This document shows positions 40,101 through 56,872 of a stretch of DNA of 64,000 nucleotides, one piece after another. The DNA is from Scenedesmus sp. PABB004 (lineage: Eukaryota). Both the position numbers and the translations under genes were made by a program. The notes under the pieces are model-generated. The model saw only the letters and a list, made by a program, of their open reading frames with translations, made no database searches and was not told where the DNA came from. Every line of letters begins with the position of its first letter. The first letter of the stretch is position 1. The stretch spans positions 744,001 through 808,000 of the forward strand of contig JABVCE010000003.1 in NCBI GenBank assembly GCA_014905635.1, written 5' to 3'.

Positions 40101-41405
40101 CAGTGGATCGCCGAGAGCGAGGACCTCGCCGCCGGCGCGGCGCAGCCCGACGGCGGCGGCTGGGGGGCGGCGCAGCAGCAGCGCGGCGGCGCCGGCAGCC
40201 TGCAGGCGGCGGCGTCGTCGCCGGGGCCCTACGTCGTCGGCAGCGGCAGCGGCAGCCTCGCGCTGCAGCGCCAGGCGCTGCTGGCGCAGCTGCAGGCGTG
40301 GCGGCAGCAGGGGCTCGGCTCGGGCCACCAGCGCGTGTCGGAGGCGGAGGAGGAGGAGGAGGAGCTGGACGTCTCCGCGCTGCGCTCGGTGTCAGAGACG
40401 GCGCAGCAGGCGGCGCGCGGCACCGGCGCGGCGGCGGCCGCGCGCGCGGCCGAGCTCGCCGCCGCCGAGTCGGGCGCCGCGGCGCAGCAGCAGCAGCAAC
40501 AGCAGCAGCAGCCGCCGGGGCGGCACCAGCCGTACTACGCGCTGTGGAGCAACGCGGCGGACGCCATCGGCGAGCCCGCCGCGCCGCGGCGGCAGCGCGC
40601 CGCCGCGCCGGCGCCCGCGGCGGCCGGCGCCGCAAAGCGCTCGCCGTTTGCGGCCGCGCCGCCCGCGGCCGTCACGGCCGCGCTGCACGGCGACGGCGCC
40701 GCGCTGGCCGCGGCCGCCGGCGGCGCGCCGGTGCGCGCGGTGTCTGTGCCCGCGCAGCGCCCGCCCGGCGCGTTCGCCGCGGCCGCGGCGGCCGCGGCGG
40801 CCGCTGCGGCCATGGTCGGGCAGGGCGCGCCGCCGTCGCCGCCCAAGCGGCACGCCGCCTACTACACGCTGTGGCAGTCGGCGGTGGCGCAGCTCAGCGA
40901 GGAGGGCCTCAGCGCGGGGGGCTCGGGCGGCGCCGGCGGCGCGGCCCCGTCTGGCAGCGGCGCGGCGGGCTCGGGCGGCGTGGCCATGCAGCGCTCGGCC
41001 ACCGCGCCGCCGGCGCGGCACCAGCAGTACATCGGGCTGTGGGCCGCGGTGGCGGAGCAGCTCGGGGACGGGCCCTCGGCCGTCAGCGCGGCGGGCGGCG
41101 CGGCGCCGCCCGCCGACCCGGCGGTCGCGGCGGCGGTGGCCCGGCAGCAGCAGCCGCAGCAGCCGCAGCAGCAGCAGCCGCCGCCGCCGCCGCAGGCGGG
41201 GGGTGCCCGCCGCGTGAGCCCGTTTGCCGCGATGGCGGCGGCGGCGGCGGCCGACGCTGGCGGCGACCCGCAGCCGCAGCCGCCGATGACGCGGCGGCGC
41301 TCGCACCGGCTCAGCGGCCGCGGGCGGCGCAGCAGCGCGGCGGGCCGCGGCGGCCAGCTGCCCGAGAGCGAGGGCAGCGACGGCAGCGCGTACGGCCAGG
41401 TCTAG
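31124..41405 (+). CDS. Giant surface protein: signal peptide, Pmp-like GGA/FxxN beta-helix repeats, RRLL site, Cys-rich region, ~7-8 TM domain, long cytoplasmic tail
   Basis: MRGPVALVALLLLAGALGPAA; many F..N.A..GGA repeats at ~31800-34950; C..C..G...C..CP.GA.C at ~37460-37900; hydrophobic helices at ~37910-39370; introns ~31187-31330, 31649-31775, 33388-33509, 39117-39269. Confidence 0.8.
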
Positions 41406-41667
41406 GGGGGCGCGGCGCCGCACGCAGTTTTCTGTGTCGCCGCGAGCGCGGCGCGCGCCCCGGGGCGGGGTAGGTTGCAGGTTGTGGGCGGCCTGGGCGG
41501 GGGCTCTGGGGCTGGGCGCAGCAGCAGCCCTGCGCGCCGCTCTGTCTCTCTCTGTGCCAGACATTTGTATTTCCGCGCGACCGACCGCGGCGTCGCGCGA
41601 TTAACTGCGCGGCTTAGGCAGGCACGCGACTCGCGGTAACACACGCCACGCAGTCACTTGCCGCCGC

Positions 41668-42063
41668 TCACTCCGCCATGCCCTCGGCCGCTCCGCCGCC
41701 GCCGGTGGCGGCTGCCTTCTTGCCGCCGCCGCCCCCAAGGATCTCCTCCTGCACCAACCCCCGGATCTGCTGATTCAGCTGACGCCGCTCCGCCTTGTTG
41801 CCGGCCTTCTTGGTCAGCTTCTGGCGCCCCGACTTCAGCACCGCGACCTTGACCTTGAGCGCCCGCTTCAGCTCCACCTTGCGCGCGTGCTTGCTCAGCG
41901 CCGGGGCCAGCTCAGCGTCGGCGGCGGGGCTGCCGCGCGCGGTCTGCTGCGCCGCGTCGGCCATCACGTCGTCGCCATCTGCGCCGGCCTTGCCGCTCTT
42001 CTTGGAGCGCCGCGCCTTGCTCTTCTTCTTCTTGCCGGCCTTGCTGCCAAAGCCGGGCTTCAT
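41668..42063 (-). CDS. Small basic Lys-rich protein of unknown function (131 aa)
   Basis: MKPGFGSKAGKKKKSK... ORF with coding-like composition, clearly distinct from flanking GC-rich noise. Confidence 0.65.
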   Translation of the reverse strand: MKPGFGSKAGKKKKSKARRSKKSGKAGADGDDVMADAAQQTARGSPAADAELAPALSKHARKVELKRALKVKVAVLKSGRQKLTKKAGNKAERRQLNQQIRGLVQEEILGGGGGKKAAATGGGGAAEGMAE

Positions 42064-42565
42064 GGCAGCGCGCCGGGCGCCGGCGCAGGCGCAGCACGCA
42101 CCTGCGGGCGCGCGAGCGGCGGCGAGCTGGGCAGGGGCCTGCCAGCGCGCGGCAGACGTCACCTACCGCGACGGCTGCACCTGTGGGGCCACCAACAGGC
42201 CTGCCGCGACTGCCGGCAGCCGCGCGGGGCCGCGGCGCCGCCGCCGCTGCTGCGGGCTGCGGCCGGGCCGTGCAGGCCGCGCGGCAGCCCGCGAGCGCTG
42301 CCACTCACGTGTCTTGCGCGAGCGTCCGGGACCAGGTGCTGCTGGCTTTGCGGGAAGGCTGCTCGTCTGCTGCACCAGGCGCGGCGGCTGCTGCTGCGGG
42401 CGGCTGCGCGTGTGGCCACGCGTGTGGCTCGGGAAGCTGGCTGGCGTGTTCCCAGGAAACTGGGGGAGAGGGTGTGGAGCAGCGAGCGACCGGCGGCGCA
42501 GGCGGCGGCGCAGGGCGCAGGTCACACAGCCGCGGCTGCGGCTGGCAGCCGCTGCGGCCCGCAGC

Positions 42566-43788
42566 TCATGGCGCGGCGACCGCCGCGGCCGCCACCTCCT
42601 GCGTGCGCGCCAGGTCGGCGTCGTCCCGGATGATGCCGCCCTGCTGCAGCACCGCCGCGAGCCCCGCCGTCACGAGCCACAGCCCCGCCGCGGCGAGCTG
42701 CAGCGCGGCGACGCCCGTCGCCCACAGCGCGGCGCCGCCACCGACCATCGCCGCCAGCGCGGCGGCGAGGCCCGCGAGGCCTGCGGGGCTGGACTTTTGG
42801 AGCCCGACCCGGTCCATGCCCGCCGCGTCGGCCGGCCCGCCGCGAGTGAACACAAACAGGCTCCCCCGGCTGCCCTTGCCGAGGCGCACGCGCTCGTCCA
42901 GGTACGGCGTAGACAGCTGCACGCTGCTCGGCGGCCCTGCCCGCGCGGCGCGGCGTGGCGCGGCGCGCGGCGGGCGAGTGGGCGGGCGCAGCGCGCGGCG
43001 GGCGCCGCCGCGGTCGCGGGCCCCGCGCCCGCCGCGCTCACCGATGCGGACGTGGAGCCCGCCGAGCTGCAGCACGGGCGGCTCAAAAAACACGCGGACC
43101 GTGTCGCCGTCGCCTGCGACGCCGCCCGGCCCGTGCGCCTCGCCCGCCGCGACGGGCACGAGCCGTCCGCGCAGCCCGACCGAGCCGGGGAGCAGGCCGA
43201 ACAGCCGAAAGCCGACCTTGTTCACCGCGACGTCCGGCGCGAGCACGCTTTGAAACACACCCGTGGTGCGAAAGAGCGCGCGCCCGAGCGCGCCGCGGAA
43301 GCGCCCGCCCGCGGCTGCGCGCGGCGTCAGAGCAGCGGCGGCAGCGTCAGAGCGGCGGCGGCGGCGGCGTCGGAGCGGCGGCGGCTGCGCCGGGCGCGGC
43401 GCCGGCCGCGCGGCGCCTCCGACGGCGACGCACGCTGGCCGCGCTCGGCCGGCGCGCGCGAGGTGCTCGTGTAGGCGACGTTGTAGTTGCCCCAGAGCAG
43501 CGGGCTGTCCAGCGGGCGCGTCTGCGACCGGCCGGCGGCCTCGAGCTCGTCCAGCAGCGCGTCGACCGCCGCGCGCTGGTCCGGCGACAGCGCGATGCCG
43601 CCGTCGCTGCCCTCCACGAGCTCCAGCACGCGGTCGACCAGGCGCTGCGGGTCGCCGCCGGCTTCGCCGGCCGCCCGGCAGGCCACGCGGGGCGCGGCGG
43701 GGCGCGGCGCGGGGGCAGCGCGCGCTGCCGCCGCTCCCCGCGCCCGCGCATTGGCTGCGCGCGGCGGGCGCCCGGCCGGCGAGAGCAT
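42566..43788 (-). CDS. PAP/fibrillin family plastid lipid-associated protein, 3 exons
   Basis: Transit-like N-terminus; SDGGIAL...VDALLDELE, LLWGNYNVAYTS, VFFEPP, TPYLDERVRLGKGSRGSLFVFTR. Confidence 0.88.
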
Positions 43789-44326
43789 GACGACGTTGGA
43801 TCTCTGGCGGCGTGGCGCGGTGGCGGCGCAGAGGCGGCGGCGGCGGCGGCGCCGACGCGGCAGCGGCACTGCGGCGCGGGCGGCAGGCGAGATCTGCTGC
43901 GCCTGATTGCGACGTGGGCCTGGAGCTGACGGGACGGGCGTAGGCGGGCTGCGGGCCGCCGATGCTCAGCTCCAGGTTCAGGCAGCGCGCGGTTGGGCGG
44001 CGCCGGCGCCGCGAGCTCGTGCTCTCGCGCAGAGCAAGCCGACGCTCACTGCCTGCGCTCCTTTGCAGTTTGCACACGTCGTCGTGTCACAGCTGCTGCC
44101 CAGAACGGTGTGAGGCAGCACCGTTCTCCGCGCACGCGCGGCTCCAGCTGGAGCGCTCCAGCGCCAGTCCCACGAACACGTACGTGAGCTTTTCAATCCA
44201 CCTGCGTGGGCGCCAACCCGGCGGTGCTGCCGCTGGGCACAAACGCGCGTGCTGGATGGCGGGCACCCGCGGGAGCTCGCACGCGCAATAGAGGCCTGGC
44301 CACGGCCGTCGCAGTTGCTGAGCAGC

Positions 44327-46907
44327 ATGATGTACAAGCTGCGCGCCAGCGCGCGGCCGGCGGCGGCCTTTCTCCTGGCAGCCGCGCCGGCGCGCAGCCG
44401 GCGACGGCCAGCGGCGGCCTTCCTCCTGGCAGCCGCGCTGCTGGCAGCGGGCGCCGTCGCGCAGCCCGGCGAGGGCCCGCAGCACAGCCGGCTGGCGAGC
44501 TGGCCGTCGCTGCCCGCGCTGCCGGCGCCGCCGGGGCTGCTGCCCTGGCTGCGCTCGGTCCTCGGCCGCGGCCCGGCCGCGACGGCGCCCCCGGCCAGCG
44601 CGGCGGCGGCGCCCGCCGGCGCCGGGAGCGGCGGCGGCGATGCGTCGACGGCGCAGTCGTTTGAGCCGCTCAGCGGCGACGACATCAGCGCCATCCAGCG
44701 CATGCTGGAGACGAGCGGCCCGCAGCCCGCGGGCGCCTTCCGTTTCGTGCGCAGCGCCGGCTCTCCCCTTCCGCAGCTGCTCGCGCTGGACCCGGGCGCG
44801 GCGCCGCCGGGCGCCGCGCCGGCGGCGCCCGGCGCCGGCGGAGGCGCGGTCCGGCAGGGGCCTACCGCCCTGGCGTGGCTGGTCGGATCGTACAATGTCG
44901 GCGGCGGCGCGCTGGTCGAGCTGCAGGACGCCGTGCGGCAGGCTGTGCAGGGCTCCGTCGCCACGGCGGCGGGCGTGCCGGAGGACCAGGTCCTGACCGT
45001 GGCGGTGGCCAACGTCTCGCTCGCCCTCCAGTTTCGCGGCGTGGCCTGGCCCGGCGCCCTCGACGCGTCCGCGTCGCCCGAGAGCCACCCCGGCCTCGCC
45101 GCAGTGCGCACGGCGCTGACGCAGCTCATCGGCATCGACGCGGCGCACGTGCTCGTCGGCTTTGCGCCGCCGAGCGACGGCGGCGCACCCGGCGGCGGCG
45201 GCGGCGGCGCGCGGCGGCTGCTGCAGGCCGCCGCCGCGGCGCCGCCGGTGGTGGTCCACGTGCGCTTCTATAACCTCGACCCCTCGAGCACCACCGCGCT
45301 GCTGAGCTTGCTGGGCCAGCGCTGCGGCGCCGCGGCCGCCGACGGCGCGGCGCCAGCGCTGCGCGCGGGCGCCGAGGTCGCGCCGCTCTGCGAGGCGGTC
45401 TTTGCCGCCGCGCTGGCGAGGGAGGGCGTGCCCGTGTCGTTCGACGCGCTGTCCGTCGCGCCCGCGGCGCCGCCCGAGACGGCGGTCTGGCTGTCGGTCG
45501 CGGTCGGGCTGTCGCCAGGCGAGGCCGACGCGGCGGGGTCGGTCGCGCGGGCGGGCGCGTGGCTGTCTGGCAGCGCTGTCCTTGACATCCTTCGAGGCTA
45601 CAACATCACCGTCACCGCGCGGCCGCTCGAGTCATACGTCGTCACCGAGACGGGCGCGCTCGCGCCGAGCGGCCTCTCCCTGCTGCCCGACCTGCTCACC
45701 CGCCTGCTGCCCGCGGGCGGCGCGCCGGCCGGCGGCGGCGACGGCGGCGGCGGCCGCGCGCCGGTGAGCCGCGCCGTCATCGCCGGCGTGTGCGTGGCCG
45801 CCGGCGCGTCGCTGCTCGCGCTCGCCGGCGTCGCCGCCCTCCTCGTCCTGCGCCGCCGCCCGGCGCCGGGCGTGCGCGAGGCGGCGCTGCCCACCGCAGC
45901 CGCCGGCGACGGCCACGAGGGAAGGCGCAGGAGGGTGAGCCTCCCGCCGCTGGCAGCCGCCGCGGCCGGGCCCGGCGGTCGGCTGGACGAGGCGGCCTCA
46001 ACAGCCCGCGGCCCCCTCCCCGCCCCCGCCCTCAGCGCCGCCGCACCGCCCACCTGCCGCCTTGCCCGCGCCGCAGCGCCGCCCGCGGGCAAACTACACA
46101 GGCAAATACATCGACGCCCTGCGTGCGGCGGGCGGTGGCGCCGCCGCGGGCGGCTCGCCAGGCGCCAGCGGGGGGCTGGCCGCGGCCGGCGGCGCCGGCG
46201 TGGCGGCGCACGCGCGCCACACGCTGGAGCGCGGCGACAGCGTGACGAGCGCGATCAAGTTTGATGCGGAGGAGAGCGGCTCGGGCGGCTCGGGCTCCGA
46301 CGACGGCTGCGCGGCCGCCGGCGCCGACGGCAGCTGCGGCGCGAGCGCCGCGAGCTCGGCGGGCGAGAGCAGCGGCGCCGCCGCAGCGCGGCTGGCGTCG
46401 GCGGCGGCCTCCCCGCAGCGGGCGCGCCTCGGCGGCGAGCCGTCGCGCGTCGCCCGCGCGCTGGGCTCGGGCGCGGCGTCGGCGTACAGCCTCGGCCACG
46501 GCGGCGAGCACGCGGCCAGCATCCAGCTGTCGGAGCAGAGCGGAGCCGCCGGCTCGCCGCGCGTGCAGCCGCTGGGCGCGAGCTGCTGGCACGCCGGCGG
46601 GCACGTGTCCGGCTTCCTGGCGCGGCCCGCCGAGGCGGCGCGGTGCGCGGAGCAGGCCGCGGCGCCGCGCGGCGCGCCCTCCCCCTTTGCCACGCAGTCG
46701 CACCAGCGCGCGCGGCTGAGCGCCAGCGGTCAGGCCCTCCTGGCGTCGCCGTTTGCGGCCGCGGAGCAGCAGCACAGCCACGGCGGCGGCGGCGGCCTGA
46801 GCTCGCCCTTTGCGAGCGCGCTGACCGAGGCCAGCGAGGCCAGCCACGGCGCGCCCGAGCCGGAGGAGAGCAGCGCCGCCGGCGCCGAGGCACTGCATCG
46901 CTGTTAG
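44327..46907 (+). CDS. Single-pass type I membrane protein of unknown function (signal peptide, RRLL motif, TM, Ser/Ala-rich tail), 2 exons
   Basis: Hydrophobic N-terminus AAAFLLAAALLAAGAVAQ; ARRLLQ at ~45212; TM AVIAGVCVAAGASLLALAGVAALLVL then RRR; intron ~45935-46076 joins in frame; TGTAA at 47036. Confidence 0.7.
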
Positions 46908-47145
46908 CATTAGGGAGCTGATGGGGTGTGTCCATATATGCACGATACCTTCGGGGCGGCGCTGCAAGAGCGCGGCACAGCACTGTTGAGCCCTGGCGGC
47001 CGCACACACCTGCCGCAGCCCCTGCTGCTACGCGTTGTAATCGAACTTCCAGCAGCAGACGCATCGGGGGGCAGGTCGGAGCCAACGGAGCGCAGGGCGC
47101 TCCAGGCGCCGACGCTGCTGACCTAGCGAAGACCGACCCGCTGCG

Positions 47146-48647
47146 ATGCCGGGGTGCGGCGCCCGCGCCAGGCGCGCCAGGCGCGCCGCGTGCAGCACCT
47201 TGAGCGGCCGTACGCCACGCTGACGCAGGCCGAGCAGCCGCGAGTCGGCCGCGCGGAGGCCGCAGCCGCTGCTGCGCGGCGGAGAAGAGCCCGGTTCGAG
47301 CATCGCTGCCATGGAACAGAGACTGGCACACCTGAAGCGCCAGATGTCCGCGGAGCGGGAGCGCCGAGAGGCCGCGACGTGCGTGCGTGCCGCCGCGCCG
47401 CGCCCGCGCCCGCGCCGGACGCTGCGCTGCTGACGCCCGCGCCCGAGCGCAGGCGCGCGGCGGCGACGGCGGGTGGTTTCTGGGGCAACAGTGCATCTCT
47501 GAAGTCTGGCAAAGGTAGTCAGATGGCCGGGTTGGCCGGCGGCGCCCCTGGGCCGCCACGCACGCCGCTGACCGCCCGCGCGCGCGCGCCCGCAGCTCTC
47601 GCGTCGTCCGGCCGCGCTGGCAGCAGCGGCGGCCAGGCAGCGCCCAGGCCGCCCAAGCCCCCCTCGCCGCAGCAGGCGCCGCCCGGCGGCCAGCGCGCCC
47701 CGGCGCCGGCGCGCAGGCTGACCACGAGCAGCAGTGGCGGCGGCAGCGCCGGCGCGCTGGCCGCGCCACCCGGCGCCGCGCCGAGCCCGCGCAGCAGCCA
47801 GCCTGGCGCCACACCGGCGGCGGCGGCCCCACCGTTGCTGGCGGGCACGTACGACGAGGCCGGCAGCCGCAGCAGCTTCATGGAGGCGGTGCGCGCCTGG
47901 CGGCAGGCTGGCCGCGACAGCGCCAGCGGCGAGGGCGCGGCCCAGCAGCAGGCCGACGCGCCGCTCGTACCGGCGCGGGCCCCACGCCCGGCGGCGGCGG
48001 CCGACGCGCAGACGGAGCCGCTGCGCGCCGCGGCGGTGCCGAGCGCCGCCGGCCCCGGGCGGGCGCCGGGCGCTGCCAAGCAGGCCGGCGCTGCTGGCTC
48101 CTACTTTCTGAGGCTGCTGTCTGGCGGGGGCGGCGGCACGCCCTGCGGGCTGCAGCACAGCCGCTCCGACACGGCGCAGCAGCCTGACGAGCCGCGCCAC
48201 CGCGGCGAGGAGGGCCCGGGCGGCCGCGACTGCGCGGCAACGAGTGCGCCCGACGCGCCCGACGCGGCGGGGCCAGGCTGCGCGGCGGCCAAGGCGCCGC
48301 GGGCCGCGGTCTGCGACCCCGAGTCGCCCGGCGACGACGACACGAGCTCCAGCAACTCGGACGGGCCGGCGTTTGAGAGCTGGCTGCACCAGGTCCAGGG
48401 CGGCGGCACTGGCGCGGTGGACGACGCTGCGGACCCGCCAGGGCGGCCGGCCTGCCACGACAGGGGCTTCGAGGCGCGGCTGCAGCAGGTGCTGGGCGGG
48501 CTGGAGCGGCTCGAAGCGGGGCCCGCCGCCGCGGCGGCGCGCGAGCGGCTGCCGGCGGTGGTCGCACCGGGCGGGGGCGGGGGCGGGCTGCTGTGCTTCA
48601 CCTCGGCGATGCGGCTGCCCGACGCGGTGCAGCTGCCGAGCGCGTGA
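47146..48647 (+). CDS. ZBBX-like protein lacking the B-box, 3 exons
   Basis: MEQRLAHLKRQMSAERERRE...FW, LLAGTYDEAGSRSSFMEAVRAWR and SYFLRLL resemble conserved ZBBX blocks (recalled, not searched); introns ~47154-47228 and ~47379-47452 splice in frame. Confidence 0.6.
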
Positions 48648-48665
48648 GGCGAGGTGCGCCGGTCA

Positions 48666-53575
<4,910 letters not shown>

Positions 53576-53839
53576 CAGTAGAGAGCGCCCGCGCGCCGCT
53601 GCGACACGCGGCGCCGGGGAGGGGCAAGGGTAACGCTGGACGGGCTGCCAGCGCTGTCGGGGTGCGGTCGCTGCCGCCGGTGCCGCTGCCGCCGGCCGCC
53701 GTCATCGCTCATCGGTTGCCAGCGCGGCCCAGCGCCCGCCCAGAGCTGGGACGCCCCGCGCCGCCCGCGACGCTCGCCCGCCGCCACTCTTCGGCGCGCG
53801 CTGCGCGTGCCCCGCTAGGCGCGTCGGCAGCTTGCCACG

Positions 53840-55049
53840 CTAGCTGGCCTTCTTCGCCGTGGGCGACACGCGGCCGCGCGCGTCGGTCTCCTCGGCGATG
53901 CGCCAGAGGCGCAGCCAGCCGTAGCAGAGTTTGATCGTGAGCAGCTCAAACGCCATGTGCAGCACGCTCGTGAAGCGGATCTTGCTGCCCGGCATCTCCA
54001 TCCACTGCACCTGCGGGGCCGAGGCGGCGAGGCGACGGCGGCGGCGGGCGTTGCCGCCGCGCGGCAGTGGCCGGGCGCGGCGGCGGGCTGCGGCCCGCCC
54101 GCCGCAGTCTGCCCGCTCCCACCGGGCTCGGCGCGCGGGGGGGGGGGGGGCCCTGGGCACGGCGCACCTGCACCTCCTTGATCGGCACGCCGAGCGCCTG
54201 GGCGAGGTAGATGAGCTCGACGTCGAAGCACCAGCGCTGGAGGCGCTGGTTTGTCGCGAGCGTCGCGGCGGCGCGGCGCGTGAACATCTTGAACCCGCAC
54301 TGCGTGTCCGCGACGCCGTGGCCCGCGACGAGCGTGACGAGGGCGTGGAAGCCGTGCATGAGGAAGTTTCGCAGCCGGCTGCGCTGCGCGACCGCGGCGC
54401 GCTCGAGGTGCGCGCGGCTGCCGACCGCGACGCACAGCGGCCCGCCCGCGCCGCCGGCGGCGGCCGGCGCGGCGGCGCCGCCGGGCCGGCCGCGCCAGGC
54501 CGGCGCGGCGCCGGCCGCGATGGCCGCCTCGAGGCGCTCCATGTCTGACACGCGCGTCGCGCCGTCGGCGTCCATGAACAGCACGAGCTCGCCGCGCGCG
54601 ATGAGCACACCCTCGCGCACCGCGCGGCCCTTGCCGCAGTTGTGCGGCAGGCGCAGCAGGCGCACCGCGTCGGCGCCGTGCGCCGCGACGTAGCGCCGCG
54701 CGACGGCGGCGGTGCCGTCGGAGGAGCCGTCGTCGACGACGATGACCTCGTACGTGAACGCCGGCCCCCCGCGGTCGCGGCGGCGCGCGAGGTACGCGAG
54801 CGCCTCGTCGAGCGTCGCGGGCAGGCGGTCCTGCTCGTTGTAGGCCGGCACGACGACGCTGAGCTTCTTGGTCGGCGGGGCCCAGATGGAGGGCGGCAGC
54901 AGCGGCGCGGCGCTGCCGGGGTCGTCGAGCGTGAGCGCGAGCGCCGTCGCGCTGTCGCGGTCGAGCGCCGACCAGAACGCGAGGACCTGGCGCACCACGT
55001 ACGTGGCCACCAGCGCCAGCGCCACGCCCAGCGCCAGCGGGAGGTCCAT
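53840..55049 (-). CDS. ALG5: Dolichyl-phosphate beta-glucosyltransferase (GT2), 2 exons
   Basis: N-terminal TM; LSVVVPAYNEQDRL, EVIVVDDGSSDGT, FMDADGAT, GSRAHLE, DTQCGFKMFTR, RWCFDVEL, W.EMPGSK. Confidence 0.95.
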
Positions 55050-55567
55050 GCCGGCGCCGGGCCGCGCCGGGGAGTGCCGCGCAGCAGCGGCGGTCGGCGG
55101 CGGCGGCGGCGCGTGCGCTGCAAGGCGCGCCGGCGGCGCTGCGGGCGGGTCGATGGCTTCAGGGGCCGGTGATCGACCTGTGGCGCGGGCGAGCGCGCTC
55201 CGCTGGCCCCGGGATCGCGCTGGCGGGCAGGGGCGCGTGGCAGTGATGGGCGAGCGCTCCGGCGCGTCCTGTCGTGGCTGCTCCCTGTGCGCGGGCGGCG
55301 ACGTGCTCGCGGGGTCGACCGTGCGGCAGTGGCGGGGAGCGACGCAGCAGCGGCGGCGCTTCACCAAGCCGCCGCAGCGGCGCAAGCAACCGCCGCGGAT
55401 CGCACGCGCCCGCCCCCGGCTGGGCTCCGCAGAGCTGAAGGGCCTGACGGGCTGACTGCGGCGTCCGTCCGAGCGCCATCGTCAAGCGCTGCGCACGGCG
55501 AGTTGCCGTCGCGCCGCCACGGTCTCTCAGCGGCGGCGCGCGCGCCCGGGGTCTTCGCGCGCACCGC

Positions 55568-56872
55568 TCAGCTGGCCTGCCCGACAGCCGCCGCCGCCTT
55601 GGCGCGCGCCACGAACGCGGCGACCTTGTCCCGGTCCTTGAGCAGGCCGTCGGGGCCGCACACGCCGCTGGACACGTCGACCGCGCGCGGGCGCGCGAGC
55701 GCGACCGCGTCCGCGACGTTGGCCGGCGTGAGCCCGCCCGCGAGCAGCCAGCCGCGGCTGCCCAGGTGCGCCGGGACGCGCAGGTTGCGCCAGTCAAACG
55801 CCTTGCCCGACCCGCCCTGGCGGGGCGGCGCGGAGCGGCGGCGGGGGCGGGCGGGCGCCGGGGCGCGCCCGTCGGACGCGGCCGCCGCGACGCGGCCGCG
55901 CGCGCCGCCGCTGCCGCTGCCCCCTGCACCCTTCCCCATTCGGCGGCGGCGCCGCGCACCGTCATGCCGTCGACCAGCACCCACTCGATGCTTCGCCGCA
56001 GCGGCGGCCCGCCGTCCGCGCCCGGCAGCGGCGTGACGATGCGGCCCGCGTCGTCGGCCTGCAGCACGTAGACGACCTGCGGCGGGGGGGGGGGGGGGGG
56101 CACCCCGCGGCGCGGCGGGCTGAGGCGGGCGGCCGCGAGCGCGGCCGCGACCGCGAGTGCAGGGCCGTGCGCGCGCGCGCGCCTGCAGGTCGCCCGGCAC
56201 GTCGTTCACCGCCGCGCGCGCGCCGTCGCCGTGCAGCTGCGCGACGAGGATGCCCGCGGCGGCGCAGCGCGCCGCGATGGTCGGCCCGTCCTCGTCGACA
56301 AACACGCCGACCGCCGCCGCGCCGCCGCCCGCCGCCGCGGCTGCGATGGCCGCCGCGGTCGCGTCGCTGACCGACCGCTTGGCCTTGGGCCACATTATCA
56401 TGCCTGGGCGGTGGTGGTGCGGCAGGGCGGGAGGGCGCGGCGGGGCGGCGGCGCTGAGCTCCGCGCATTCGGCCCGCGGCGCGCCCCGCCCGCCCGGCGC
56501 GCGCATGCGCACCGATCAGGTCTGCGCCCGCCTGCACCGCGAAGCGCGCGTCGTCGGCGTTGGTCACGCCGCAGACCTGCGTGCGGCGCGGACCTGTGTG
56601 CGGCCGCGGCGCAGCGGCAGCGCCGGCGGGCTCGCCGCGGCGCAGCGGCGCACCTTGACGAGCACCGGCTGCTGCTGCGCCGGCGCGCCCGCTGCCGCTG
56701 CGACGCAGCGGCCATGCCGCCGGCGGCGCAGCGGCGCCGGCCGAAGCAGCGGCTGCTGCCTGCGGCGCGCGGGGGGCGTGGGCGGGGCGCCGCGCGCCGC
56801 GCGGCGGGCGGCCGCGCCAGCGCACCTGGACGCGCCTCTGCAGGCCGGCTGCGCGCGTGCGGCGCCGCGCAT
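55568..56872 (-). CDS. trpF: Phosphoribosylanthranilate isomerase (TrpF/PAI), plastid-targeted, multi-exon
   Basis: VKVCGVT..DDA..A..AGADLIG, VGVFVD, QLHGD, GGSGKAFDW, WLLAGGLTP.NV, VDVSSGV. Confidence 0.93.
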
